Assembly: GCA_964443125.1 (NCBI GenBank)
Contig: CAYUBL010000005.1
Location: forward strand, 1 to 52,194
From: an uncultured Candidatus Saccharibacteria bacterium
GTDB lineage: Bacteria; Patescibacteriota; Andersenbacteria; UBA10190
Length of the DNA stretch: 52,194 bases
Direction: 5' to 3'
How positions within the stretch are numbered: the stretch's first letter is position 1; each line of letters begins with the position of its first letter. The notes under the pieces were generated by a model. The model was given only the letters and a program-made list of their open reading frames with translations, was not told the DNA's origin and searched no databases. The position numbers and the translations under genes are program-made. This document shows, piece by piece, positions 26,841 through 36,450 of this stretch.

Positions 26841-28262
26841 TCAGTCTTTGCGGATAAAGAGGGGTTCTGCGGGCTTTGCGAGCGGCTTTGCAGAAAGCAG
26901 TGCTTGTATTTTTTCCGACGTTTCGGGCAAGAGCGCCTGCAGCGCATGCGCAATACCAAAAATGCCGGAGAGCACCTGGGCAAGAACGCTCCGCAACTCT
27001 TCTTGCTTGCCATCCTTCGCTAATTCCCACGGCTTTCTTTCGTCGATCAGCGCATCGAGCCGGGAAATCTCCTGCCAGATAGCCGCGAGCGCGCGATCGA
27101 ACGAGAGGGATTCAATCAATTCCTGTACATCCAGCGAACCCTTGGTTTCAAATTGGATATCCGGACAGTTTTTCTCGACAAGCGCCAGCGTCCTTGATAC
27201 CAGGTTGCCGATTCCATTAGCAAGCTCGCTGTTATACCGCTCCTTGAGGCGCTCGCGCGAGAAGTCCCCGTCGCTGCCGAATGGAATTTCCCGGAGGAGA
27301 TAGTAGCGGATTGCATCGAGCGGATATTGTTCCAGCAATTCTTTCGGATCAATTGCATTGCCAAGGCTTTTGGATATTTTCTGTCCGTCTATCGTGAAAA
27401 ATCCGTGTGCGAATATTTTTTTCGGCAGCGGCAGATCGGCAGACATCAGCATTGCGGGCCAGATGGCGCAATGGAATTTGATAATGTCTTTTCCAATAAG
27501 ATGCAGATCTGCGGGCCAGAATGCTTTATACTCTCCGTCCGGGTATCCCGCTACGGTCAGGTAATTGATAAGCGCGTCAAACCATACGTATACCGCATGG
27601 CTCTCGTCTTCCGGAAACCGAATTCCCCACTCCTGGGATTGGCGGGATATGGAAATATCCTGCATATCATCCTTGATGTACGCGAGCATTTTGTTGCGCG
27701 CGGAAACCGGAGCGATGGCGTCGGGATTTTCCTCGTACCACGCAAGCAGCTTTTCGCGGTAGTTCGACAGTTTGAAGAAATAATTCTTCTCTTCGATAAT
27801 ATTCGGTTTGGTTTTATGGATCGAACACATGCCGTCGACCAAGTCTTTTTCCGCAATAAATTCCTCGCACCCTACGCAGTAGTATCCTTTGTAATCGCCC
27901 AGGTAGATATCCCCTTTCTGCTGCATCGCAGCAATCATCGCGCGTACCGCATCCGCGTGTTCGCCGGACGTCGTTCGAATAAACGCATCGTAGAAAAGAT
28001 GGACCGCATCGAACGCGCGCTTCCAATCTTCTGCCATGCGGTCGACGTATTCTTGAACCGGGATACCCGCCGCGGCGGCGGCTTCGACGTTTTTCTGAGA
28101 ATTTTCATCCACTCCCGTGGAGAGCAATACGCGCTTACCTTTCGACCGCATGTGCCGCGCGATCGTATCCGCCGCAATGGCAGTGTACACGTGGCCGATA
28201 TGCGGCTTTGCATTCACGTAGTAAATGGGAGTTGTGATGAAGTATTTCTCCATATGGCTCAA
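26841..28262 (-). CDS. metG: methionine--tRNA ligase (short form, no C-terminal tRNA-binding extension)
   Basis: TTPIYYVNAKPHIGHVYT (HIGH), a CVGCEEF...C zinc knuckle, KISKSLGN (KMSKS). 473 aa. Confidence 0.9.
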   Translation of the reverse strand: MSHMEKYFITTPIYYVNAKPHIGHVYTAIAADTIARHMRSKGKRVLLSTGVDENSQKNVEAAAAAGIPVQEYVDRMAEDWKRAFDAVHLFYDAFIRTTSGEHADAVRAMIAAMQQKGDIYLGDYKGYYCVGCEEFIAEKDLVDGMCSIHKTKPNIIEEKNYFFKLSNYREKLLAWYEENPDAIAPVSARNKMLAYIKDDMQDISISRQSQEWGIRFPEDESHAVYVWFDALINYLTVAGYPDGEYKAFWPADLHLIGKDIIKFHCAIWPAMLMSADLPLPKKIFAHGFFTIDGQKISKSLGNAIDPKELLEQYPLDAIRYYLLREIPFGSDGDFSRERLKERYNSELANGIGNLVSRTLALVEKNCPDIQFETKGSLDVQELIESLSFDRALAAIWQEISRLDALIDERKPWELAKDGKQEELRSVLAQVLSGIFGIAHALQALLPETSEKIQALLSAKPLAKPAEPLFIRKD

Positions 28263-28286
28263 GTCTGGCTTTCGGCAGGCGGAATG

Positions 28287-28823
28287 TCAACTTCCCATCA
28301 CGCGCAGCGCCGATAACTCGTACAAGTACAGCGGAGCGCACTTCTCTTCCCGATACACTTTCACGGGAACGATGCCCGGAAATGAAAAAGCGTAAGAAAG
28401 CACGAGCGTCCTCTGTCCCATGCGTTGGCGAGACAAGAATGATCGTATCGTGTCCATGTGCTTGGGCATCAAAAAGAGAAACACGAGCGTGGCATCGCCG
28501 GGCAACGGCTTAGTCAAAAAATTTCCGTACGATATGCGCGCATTTTTTACCCGGAATGTCCGTATGCGTGCAACAGCCCACATAATCGGCGATAATTCAT
28601 ATCCTATCGCCCGCGCGCCCCGCCGGGCAGCTTCGCGGATAATACTTCCATCCCCCGCCCCTAAATCCACTACGGTATCTTTTTCCCCGATCGTAATATC
28701 ATCGAACGCCTTCTTGAGCACGCGCATGCGCGTGGGCGCCCACGGCGCGCCGATAAGCCCCGCATACGCGGTGGGTACAAGCAGCACGGAAGCAACCAGT
28801 GCTGCGATAAGCCACCAATCCAT
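28287..28823 (-). CDS. membrane-anchored class I SAM-dependent methyltransferase
   Basis: N-terminal TM WWLIAALVASVLLVPTAYAGLI, then motif I VVDLGAGDGSIIREAARRGA. Confidence 0.75.
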   Translation of the reverse strand: MDWWLIAALVASVLLVPTAYAGLIGAPWAPTRMRVLKKAFDDITIGEKDTVVDLGAGDGSIIREAARRGARAIGYELSPIMWAVARIRTFRVKNARISYGNFLTKPLPGDATLVFLFLMPKHMDTIRSFLSRQRMGQRTLVLSYAFSFPGIVPVKVYREEKCAPLYLYELSALRVMGS

Positions 28824-29375
28824 TTACGTGGCCTTTACTTTGAGCTTGCGGGTAACCGCTGCGTTTGCTTTTGGAATGCGAATTGTTAAAACTCCGTTCT
28901 TGATTTTCGCCTCCGCGCGATCCGCGTCGATTTCAACCGGAAGGATAATGGAGCGTGAAAACGTTCCCCAGTAGCATTCTTGGTAAAAATAGTCTTCGGG
29001 ATCAATCGAATACTGCGGACGGCGCTCGCCGCGGATGGTTACCATGTCGTTCGTAATGGAAACGTCGAGATCTTCCGGAGAAACTCCCGCAACCGTGCTT
29101 TGTACGATGATACTTTCATCATCTTGAAATACGTCTACCGTCAGCTGGCCTTCCTGTTCTTCCTGGTGGAGAGCGCCTGCATCCTCATCGGAAAAATCAT
29201 CATCTTCATCTTGTTCCGGCTCGTCCATAACATGGGTCATGTCTTCTTCGCCGTAGGAATCCTCTCCATCGTGATGCACAGTCAACTCTTCTTCCTCGGT
29301 GTCGTGCATCGCCGGCCGGCTCATTACTTTTGCGCCGGTTAGTCTTTCAAAAAAACTTCGTGGTTCTTGTGGCAT
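28824..29375 (-). CDS. Hsp20/alpha-crystallin family small heat-shock protein with acidic N-terminal region
   Basis: LTVDVFQDDESIIVQSTVAGVSPEDLDVSITNDMVTIRGER ... AKIKNGVLTIRIPK. Confidence 0.85.
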   Translation of the reverse strand: MPQEPRSFFERLTGAKVMSRPAMHDTEEEELTVHHDGEDSYGEEDMTHVMDEPEQDEDDDFSDEDAGALHQEEQEGQLTVDVFQDDESIIVQSTVAGVSPEDLDVSITNDMVTIRGERRPQYSIDPEDYFYQECYWGTFSRSIILPVEIDADRAEAKIKNGVLTIRIPKANAAVTRKLKVKAT

Positions 29376-29453
29376 ATTGCTTATCGTTTAGTATAGCAAA
29401 ATACTATCCACTTCACTATACCACTTTTACCCCTCCTGTGCATAACATTTCCC

Positions 29454-31625
29454 CTACCACGTTTCGATCATCAGCAATCTCTTCTCGGAACTTTTTTCCT
29501 GCGGCACATGCGCCCAAATTTCTTCCGTAATAAACGGCACGAACGGGTGCAGCATGATCAGTGAGCGGCGCAGTATCGCAAGCAACGTTTGCTGTCTTGA
29601 TTGCTTTTCTGCTTCGTTTTCGCCTGCAAGGACTCCCTTGCTTTCTTCAATAACTACATCGGCAAACCGATGCCACACATAGTGGTAGAGTTTTTCCGAC
29701 GCCAAGTGGAACCGATACGCATCCATATCTCCCGTTACTTCATCCGTTATTTCTTGCAATTCGCGCAGAAGCACCTTGTCTGCTTCGGCTGTAATGCGCG
29801 ATGCATCCGCCTGCACGCCTTCCGTATTGGAGAGGACAAACCGGGACACGTTCCAGAGCTTGTTCGCGAAATGCTTGTATGCCTTGATTTTATTTTCCGC
29901 AAGCGCCATATCGCTCCCCGGAGCATTGCCCACCACCAGTGCCATGCGCAGCGCGTCCGCACCGAACTTTTCGACCAGCTCGATGGGGTTAATCACGTTG
30001 CCTTTGCTCTTGCTCATTTTTTTACCCTGCGCATCGTTTACCAGCCCGTGCAAATAGACCGTATGGAACGGCACCTCTTTTTCCAAATACAAACTGAAAA
30101 TAACCATGCGGGGCACCCACTTGAATATCAGATCGTGTCCTGTTTCCATGACATCCGTCGGATGGAATGTCTTCCAGTCTTCTCCGCGACTGTATCCCAG
30201 CGACAGCAGCGGCCATTGCCCCGAAGAAAACCACGTATCAAACGTATCCGTATCTTTCTTTACGTCTCCTTCGCACTTCGGGCATTTTGTATGCGTATCT
30301 TCAAGGTCGGGAAATGCGTGTTCGCATGCGGTGCAGATTTTTGCGGGAATAGGAATTCCCCACACGATTTGCCGGGAAATGTTCCAGTCGATCGTGTGCT
30401 CCATCCAATACGTGAAAATCTTTTCGTAATTGCCGGGAATGAACGTGATCTTGCCTTCCTTTACTGCTTTGAGCGCTGACGCTGCAAGCGACTCCATTTT
30501 CACGAACCACTGGTCCATTACCTGCGGTTCGATCGCCGTATTGCATTTGTAGCAGCACGGCACATTGTGCTGGTACGCCTCGTCGATTTTCACAAGCAAC
30601 CCTTGCCCTCGGAGCTTCTCTACGATCTTCGGCCTTGCATCCTTTATCTTCATGCCTGCAAACTCTCCTGCAATCGGCAAAAGCTTGCCGCGGAAGTCAA
30701 TAATTTGCTCGCGGGGCAAATCATGGCGCTTCGCAATTTCAAAATCCGCCGCATCATGCCACGGCGTAATTGTCATCACGCCCGTTCCGAATTCCATATC
30801 GATTGCATCATCTTTAATAACGGTTGCCGTTACGGTGCCGTTGATCCAAGGCGCCTCGAACGTGTCTCCGTGCTTATACTCTGCATACCGCTTGTCATCG
30901 GGATGCATGACAACATATTTGTCGCCGAATTTTGTTTCCGGACGGGCGGTTGCAATCACAAACGGACCATATTGCAAATAGTACAGGGGTTCTTTTTTCT
31001 CTTCGGAAATAGTTTCCACGTCAGAAAGCGTCGTTTGATGCTTCGGACACCAGTTCACGATGCGCTTTCCGCGGAATACGAGGTTATCGTCATACATCTT
31101 CTGGAATGTGCGCTGCACTTCCTTTACCACTTCCGGATCGAGCGTGAATTTTTCCCGGGACCAATCGCACGATGCGCCGAGGCGTTTGACCTCTTCTTCC
31201 ATGTATTTCTTATTTTCAATCGTGAAATCGTATATCTCCTTATATAAGTCCTGCGGGTCCATGGAAAACCGCGACCGCCCCTCTTTCTCCAGTTTTTTCT
31301 CATACACGATTTGCGTTTCAAAGCCGGCATGGTCCGCTCCGGGCACCCACAGCGCCTTGAAGCCCCGCATGCGCTTGTAGCGGGTTATGATATCTTCCAG
31401 GGTAATAAAGAGCGCATGGCCCGCGTGCAGATGCCCGTTTGCATTGGGCGGAGGCATAATGACGGTAAACGGCTTTTCGTGGCGTTTTGGCAGGTTATCG
31501 GGATTGAAAAAACCGGAGGATTCCCATACCTCATACACTCGTTTCTCTGTCTGTTGAGCCTCATACGGCTTGGTAAACTTTTCGTCCATAGAAGATATGT
31601 GCATAGTATGCCCCACAACGGGCAA
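29454..31625 (-). CDS. valS: valine--tRNA ligase (short form lacking the C-terminal coiled coil)
   Basis: PPPNANGHLHAGHAL, WVPGADHAGFETQ, KKMSKSKGN. ORF track gives 723 aa. The likely start is Met at 31604 or 31589 (MDEKFTKPYE). Confidence 0.9.
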   Translation of the reverse strand: MPVVGHTMHISSMDEKFTKPYEAQQTEKRVYEVWESSGFFNPDNLPKRHEKPFTVIMPPPNANGHLHAGHALFITLEDIITRYKRMRGFKALWVPGADHAGFETQIVYEKKLEKEGRSRFSMDPQDLYKEIYDFTIENKKYMEEEVKRLGASCDWSREKFTLDPEVVKEVQRTFQKMYDDNLVFRGKRIVNWCPKHQTTLSDVETISEEKKEPLYYLQYGPFVIATARPETKFGDKYVVMHPDDKRYAEYKHGDTFEAPWINGTVTATVIKDDAIDMEFGTGVMTITPWHDAADFEIAKRHDLPREQIIDFRGKLLPIAGEFAGMKIKDARPKIVEKLRGQGLLVKIDEAYQHNVPCCYKCNTAIEPQVMDQWFVKMESLAASALKAVKEGKITFIPGNYEKIFTYWMEHTIDWNISRQIVWGIPIPAKICTACEHAFPDLEDTHTKCPKCEGDVKKDTDTFDTWFSSGQWPLLSLGYSRGEDWKTFHPTDVMETGHDLIFKWVPRMVIFSLYLEKEVPFHTVYLHGLVNDAQGKKMSKSKGNVINPIELVEKFGADALRMALVVGNAPGSDMALAENKIKAYKHFANKLWNVSRFVLSNTEGVQADASRITAEADKVLLRELQEITDEVTGDMDAYRFHLASEKLYHYVWHRFADVVIEESKGVLAGENEAEKQSRQQTLLAILRRSLIMLHPFVPFITEEIWAHVPQEKSSEKRLLMIETW

Positions 31626-31675
31626 AAATCAATCTGGCAGAATTTTCGTACTGTAGGTAAGCTGACAAACAGATG

Positions 31676-32035
31676 TCACACACCATTGCCATTGAGAGCG
31701 TGGGAGGGATTACGCAAGAGGCCGCTTCGGAAGAATTTACCTGCAACGCCGCACAAAAGGCATGCATGCCGGCGTTCGTCTTCAGCGTCGCAGGGCAAGT
31801 AGGCTTCCGAAAAGCGCTGGAACATTTGGTGGAATGCCGCAAAAAAGACTGCGTATCGCTTCGAAAAAAGGTGCGAGAAAGCATGCACGAAAAGATTAAA
31901 TGGTTGTTTTCCGAACAAGTGCTCCTTGGATGCATGGAATGCCAGGCTTTTCTCTACGGATCGCGAACCCCGCTGAATCTCAATGATAATAAGCACTTTT
32001 CTTCCGTCGCACTTCACTTGTCGTCCTGCGGCCAT
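31676..32035 (-). CDS. uncertain hypothetical ORF (119 aa); a codon-aligned antisense ORF 31673..32122 (+) is equally open
   Basis: This is a 504-nt gap between valS and tsaD. The minus-strand reading fits the gene orientation and contains KVLIIIEIQRGS, faintly like the strand plus E-x-K core of PD-(D/E)xK nucleases, but with the catalytic positions changed. Composition is odd (Phe/His/Cys-rich). Confidence 0.3.
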   Translation of the reverse strand: MAAGRQVKCDGRKVLIIIEIQRGSRSVEKSLAFHASKEHLFGKQPFNLFVHAFSHLFSKRYAVFFAAFHQMFQRFSEAYLPCDAEDERRHACLLCGVAGKFFRSGLLRNPSHALNGNGV

Positions 32036-32129
32036 GAAGGATGCGCAAAACTGCGCCGGGCGGTACTGCTTACCGTGCGGGATTCCGTGAGTCCGAGCGC
32101 CACGAGCAAAGACCTTTTTTAACGAGCTT

Positions 32130-33239
32130 CTAGCTGTTCGCTTGTAGCTTTTCGGAGCTGAATTCTTCGATATCCATTCGCGCCGATGCGTCGATCTCGT
32201 TCCAGTTTTTTTGCCGCCCCGCTTCATACGCGAATACTCCCGCTTGTCCGATCATTGTCGCATTGTCTCCGCAGAGCGCTTGCGGTGCGATGCGAAGGGA
32301 AACCCCCAATGCATCCGCCTCTTCCTGCATCCGCGCGCGCAATCGCTTATTCGCCGCTACGCCGCCTGCAAGCAATACTGTGCGATATTGTTTTTGCTTC
32401 GCAGCTTGCACGAGCTTTGCCGCAAGCGAATCTATAACCGCCGCCTCGAAACTTGCGGCGATGCTTGCGCGATCCTGATCGCTGACAGTCTCCCCAATAC
32501 TCTGCAATTGGTATAATACCGCTGTCTTGAGCCCCGAATAACTGAAATGCAAATCGCCGGAATGCCGCATTGGCCGGGGAAAATCATACGCCTTTGCATC
32601 CCCCTGCTCCGCAAGCGCGCTGACGTGGGGGCCTCCCGGATACGGTAATGAGAGCATGCGCGCCACTTTATCGAACACTTCCCCTGCAGCGTCGTCTTTC
32701 GTTTGTCCGAGCGTGCTGTACGTGAGATGATCCGTCACTTCGATCAGCATGGTATGCCCGCCGGATACCACGAGTCCGAGCGCGGGCATCGCGGAGTCTA
32801 GAGCTTGTACCTGCTGGCTGGCCAGCAGGGCTGTATAGCTGTTCGGATCTTCCCCCGCGAGCAGTGCCGAATAGATATGGCCTTCTATATGATGAACAGG
32901 CACGATCGGCTTCCTCCATACAAACGCGAGCGTTTTTGCCGCCTGCACGCCAACCGCCAACGCCGGCATAAGGCCCGGACCGATTGTTACCGCGATGCCA
33001 TCGATACCGTGCTGATCAATACCCGCCTGTTTCATCGCCGATTGGATCATGGGACCGATCACCGCCAAGTGTTCGCGCGCCGCCACTTCCGGCACTACGC
33101 CGCCGGTTGCTTTATGGATATTAGCCTGGGATGCAACCAACTCCGAGAGAACACGCAGCTCTACTCCCTCTTTGCGCACAACCGACACGCCCGTTTCATC
33201 GCACGAGGACTCTATTGCGAGGAGAGTTGTTGATTTCAT
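32130..33239 (-). CDS. tsaD: tRNA N6-adenosine threonylcarbamoyltransferase
   Basis: LLAIESSCDETGVSVV, PVHHIEGHIYS, LVVSGGHT, LAGGVAANKRLR. ATG at 33239 (MKSTT) is preferred to the ORF-track start at 33287. Confidence 0.9.
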   Translation of the reverse strand: MKSTTLLAIESSCDETGVSVVRKEGVELRVLSELVASQANIHKATGGVVPEVAAREHLAVIGPMIQSAMKQAGIDQHGIDGIAVTIGPGLMPALAVGVQAAKTLAFVWRKPIVPVHHIEGHIYSALLAGEDPNSYTALLASQQVQALDSAMPALGLVVSGGHTMLIEVTDHLTYSTLGQTKDDAAGEVFDKVARMLSLPYPGGPHVSALAEQGDAKAYDFPRPMRHSGDLHFSYSGLKTAVLYQLQSIGETVSDQDRASIAASFEAAVIDSLAAKLVQAAKQKQYRTVLLAGGVAANKRLRARMQEEADALGVSLRIAPQALCGDNATMIGQAGVFAYEAGRQKNWNEIDASARMDIEEFSSEKLQANS

Positions 33240-33319
33240 ACGAGGATAATGGCATAAAAGACCTCTTTTTCCAAGAAAAGTAGACAATTCGCGAGAAATG
33301 TTTGTATAGTATGACCTAT

Positions 33320-33394
33320 GGCTCCATCGTCTAACGGCTAGGACGCTGCCCTTTCAAGGCGGAAACAGGGGTTCGATTCCCCTTGGAGCTGCCA
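33320..33394 (+). tRNA. tRNA-Glu (anticodon UUC), CCA encoded
   Basis: Cloverleaf folded by hand: acceptor GGCTCCA/TGGAGCT, D arm GTCT/GGAC, anticodon stem CTGCC/GGCGG with loop CTTTCAA, T arm AGGGG-TTCGATT-CCCCT, discriminator G, CCA. Confidence 0.85.
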
Positions 33395-33560
33395 CGAAAA
33401 TCTCGCTGTTTGCAGCGAGATCACGCGGCTTCGCGAGAAGCTTGAAACAATTGAGAACAAAGAATCGCCCATACAGGAATAGGGAAACCTTTCTCCTGTC
33501 AGTGCGCCTGGACAATACGCGCTTTGCAGAACGGTTGCTTCTCTGCATGATGAAAGAAGA

Positions 33561-35603
33561 ATGCGTCCTTCAATACAGAACACGCTGCTTGTCCTCGGAG
33601 CTGCGGGAGCGCTCGCCGTGCTTGTTGCGGCGTCTGTTACGATTCGGACATACCGCTCTCTGGCAATGGTAAGCAAATCCGAGATGATGCATGCGCGTAC
33701 GGAGGGAATCACGCTTTTCGATCGGGACGGAAACGAGTTTTTTACCTTCGATGCCCCCGGCAGAAAAACCATCATCCCCTACGAAACTATCCCCGACCAC
33801 GTTATCCATGCGCTGGTTGCCGCAGAGGATGAACATTTCTTCCATCATTACGGCATTTCTCTTACAGGAATCGTTCGTGCCGCATATTTGGATGTAAAGC
33901 ATCAAAGCCTGGACTTCGGAGGGTCCACCATTACCCAGCAACTGGTGAAAAACTTGTTGCTAAACCCCAAAAAGAATTTTTTGCGGAAATACCAAGAAGC
34001 GGTTTTTGCTATAAAAATCGAGCGCCATTTTACGAAAGAAGAAATTCTGGATGTGTATTTGAATATGGCGTACTTCGGCGAAGGCGCGTACGGCATCGAA
34101 GCGGCGGCGCAAACCTATTTCAACAAGGCGGCCGCGGACCTCACTCTTGCGGAGAGCAGCATGCTCATCGGCATTTTGCCCGCGCCAAGCGCCCTATCCC
34201 CCATGTCCGGAAACGATGCGCTGGCATGGCAGCGGCAGCGCTACGTATTGGAACGCATGCGCGAGGCGGGATACATTTCCTCGAACCAAGCGCATCTTGC
34301 GCGCGATGAAATGCTCTCGTTTGCAGAACGCCGGCCCGCGATGAACACCATGGCTCCGCACTTCGCGCTTCTGGTACAAGAGCAGCTGCTGAAAAAGTTC
34401 TCTCCGGAGTACCTGATCAGATCCGGTTTGCGCGTACGCACCACGCTCGATCCCGCATGGCAAAAAGAAGCGGAACGCGCGCTTGCATCCCACATTCCCA
34501 CTGTAGAGCCGCGCGGAGCGCACAACGGGGCAGTAGTTGCGATAGATCCGCAATCAAATGAAGTGCGAGCGCTGGTCGGCAGTCGCAGCTGGGACTACCC
34601 CGGTTTCGGCAAAATCAATATGGCAGCAGCTCCGCGGCAAACGGGCTCCGCATTCAAGCCGATTGTATATGCAGCCGGACTGCAGGAGCGCACAATCACC
34701 GCGGCGACCGTGCTGCGGGATCGGCGAATCGACTTCGGAAACGGATACAAGCCGGAAAACTATACCAAGCGCTACCGGGGCAACGTGCTGGCTCGCTACG
34801 CGCTTTCTAATTCGCTCAACGTTCCTTCTGTCGATGTCGTAAGTAAAATCGGATCTTCCACAGTAGCCGCATTTGCTGAACGCTTCGGCGTTACCACGCT
34901 CTCCAAAGATGCGCCGTATAATTTATCGATCGCACTGGGGTCGGAAGCCATTTCGCTGCTCGAACTCACCAATGCATATGCCGTGTTTGCGGACAACGGA
35001 CTCCATCGCCCGCCGCAGCTTATTTTGTCTGTCGAAGACAAGCTCGGAAATGCCGTATCATGGAACATTCCCAACAAGCGCCAAATCATCAGCGCCGAAA
35101 CCGCTTTTATTATCTCTTCCATACTATCTGATAGCCGCGCCCGCAGCGCAACGTTCGGAAGAATGCTTGACCTCCCATTTCCCGCAGCAGCCAAGACGGG
35201 AACGACGCAAGAATACCGCGATGCATGGACGGTGGGATACACGCCGACAGTTACTGTGGGAGTATGGATTGGAAATAGCGACAATACTCCGATGGGAGAG
35301 CTGCCGGGGGCAACCGGAGCAGTTCCCCTCTGGAAAAACCTCATGACCGCCTATGCGGCAGCATCGCCGCCTCAAGCATTTCCCGTGCCGTCTCGCATTG
35401 CGCAAGTGCGCGTATGCCCCGGCCTTGGCCTGAAGGCGACCCGAGAGACGGGTGGCGTCGTTGAATATTTCCTTCCGGGCACGGAGCCGACCCGATATTG
35501 CCCTGCTCCAAAGAAGGAAGAGCCGGAAAACGGCGAACAAGAAACGCCGGAAACCCAAGAAACACAAACGGTCGCGCAAAAACCTTCAATAGCCCGCCCC
35601 TAA
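33561..35603 (+). CDS. class A penicillin-binding protein (transglycosylase/transpeptidase, PBP1A family)
   Basis: GT51 motifs EDEHFFHHYG, GGSTITQQLVKN, RKYQE. Transpeptidase motifs SAFKP, SNS, KTGTT. N-terminal TM anchor. Confidence 0.9.
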   Translation: MRPSIQNTLLVLGAAGALAVLVAASVTIRTYRSLAMVSKSEMMHARTEGITLFDRDGNEFFTFDAPGRKTIIPYETIPDHVIHALVAAEDEHFFHHYGISLTGIVRAAYLDVKHQSLDFGGSTITQQLVKNLLLNPKKNFLRKYQEAVFAIKIERHFTKEEILDVYLNMAYFGEGAYGIEAAAQTYFNKAAADLTLAESSMLIGILPAPSALSPMSGNDALAWQRQRYVLERMREAGYISSNQAHLARDEMLSFAERRPAMNTMAPHFALLVQEQLLKKFSPEYLIRSGLRVRTTLDPAWQKEAERALASHIPTVEPRGAHNGAVVAIDPQSNEVRALVGSRSWDYPGFGKINMAAAPRQTGSAFKPIVYAAGLQERTITAATVLRDRRIDFGNGYKPENYTKRYRGNVLARYALSNSLNVPSVDVVSKIGSSTVAAFAERFGVTTLSKDAPYNLSIALGSEAISLLELTNAYAVFADNGLHRPPQLILSVEDKLGNAVSWNIPNKRQIISAETAFIISSILSDSRARSATFGRMLDLPFPAAAKTGTTQEYRDAWTVGYTPTVTVGVWIGNSDNTPMGELPGATGAVPLWKNLMTAYAAASPPQAFPVPSRIAQVRVCPGLGLKATRETGGVVEYFLPGTEPTRYCPAPKKEEPENGEQETPETQETQTVAQKPSIARP

Positions 35604-35677
35604 CAGAAGAATGGCGCGGGCTTCTTAAGAATAAAGAAGGTGTCCGCGCCATTGGTACATCCGTGTGGTGACAGGGA

Positions 35678-35893
35678 TCATGATGCATGGTCCTTTTTGA
35701 GTAGTTGTTCTTCGATAAAGGGGTACATTTTCCGCAACAGCACCTGTGCCTGCTGTGCAAACTCCCGCTCGTTTGCACAACTCCAGTCATGGAATTGTTG
35801 GAGCAGTTGCTTGTAGTCCTGAAGATCCGCATCTTGAGGACGAAGCCGCTGAAATCGCCGGAGTATCTCCGGCACTTCGGTTTTTTGCAACAC
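35678..35893 (-). CDS. small helical hypothetical protein (71 aa)
   Basis: The GTG start is preceded by a GGAGGG RBS 6 nt upstream. It lies just downstream of a terminator, so it is probably its own transcription unit. Confidence 0.5.
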   Translation of the reverse strand: MLQKTEVPEILRRFQRLRPQDADLQDYKQLLQQFHDWSCANEREFAQQAQVLLRKMYPFIEEQLLKKDHAS

Positions 35894-35958
35894 AATACCC
35901 TCCTTTCTTGTTGTCTAAAGAACTTGTAGCCCGCCGATCTACACTAGTTGTATCATAC

Positions 35959-35989
35959 AAAAAATCCCCTGCTTGCACAGGGGATTTTT
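35959..35989. terminator. bidirectional intrinsic terminator
   Basis: AAAAAA-TCCCCTG-cttgca-CAGGGGA-TTTTT. Confidence 0.7.
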
Positions 35990-36008
35990 GCAATGAAGCC
36001 AGCGTGTG

Positions 36009-36287
36009 TTACATGCCGCTTCGCTTGTAGTGCTCTCTGCAGTATACCGGCCTTCCTTCGGTAGGCTGGAACGGTACTTGCGTCGGATTTCCGCACGTTG
36101 CGCATACTGCGTCGAACATTTGGCGATCGCCGCCCCCGAAACCTCCTGAACGCTGCCCCTTCATTTCTCGGAAGCAGTCATTGCAGTATACGGGACGGTC
36201 ACCTGATGGCTGAAAAGGAACTTGCGTCTCCTTTCCGCATTTGGAACAGGTTGCGTCAAACATTGGACGATCTGAGTTAAAATTCAT
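36009..36287 (-). CDS. CxxC-x17-CxxC domain protein (two zinc-ribbon-like modules)
   Basis: CSKCGKETQVPFQPSGDRPVYCNDC (spacing of 17 counted by hand), then CATCGNPTQVPFQPTEGRPVYCREH, separated by a Gly-rich linker. Confidence 0.8.
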   Translation of the reverse strand: MNFNSDRPMFDATCSKCGKETQVPFQPSGDRPVYCNDCFREMKGQRSGGFGGGDRQMFDAVCATCGNPTQVPFQPTEGRPVYCREHYKRSGM

Positions 36288-36450
36288 GATATTTCACCTA
36301 CCTTTCGTTATTGAGTTCGAGGCCATAACGCTTTATCTCTTGACGCTCGATCTCTTCAATAACGAATGCTTCGTACGTCGCGTTTGAATCGTCTGTTCCC
36401 TCGTGCGCTCACTATCGCACATATCGCTTTATTATGCAACTTTTTCCGAA

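Noticed and set aside
25798-27030. The 410-aa version of the RfbB ORF, with an 80-residue N-terminal extension.
   Set aside because: The extension overlaps the 3' end of metG and has an Arg/Ala/Cys-rich nonsense composition. The canonical N-terminus MKMLVTGGAGFIGSNF starts at 26799.
31958-31975. A T-loop-like GGGGTTCGCGATCC on the minus strand, possibly a hidden tRNA or tmRNA.
   Set aside because: The flanking bases do not form a T stem, and no acceptor, D or anticodon arms can be folded around it.
35341-35895. A 184-aa minus-strand ORF overlapping the 3' end of the PBP gene.
   Set aside because: It is antisense to the well-supported PBP coding sequence and is Arg/Cys/Ser-rich. The 71-aa ORF 35678..35893, in another frame and with a GGAGGG RBS, is the better model for the non-overlapping part.
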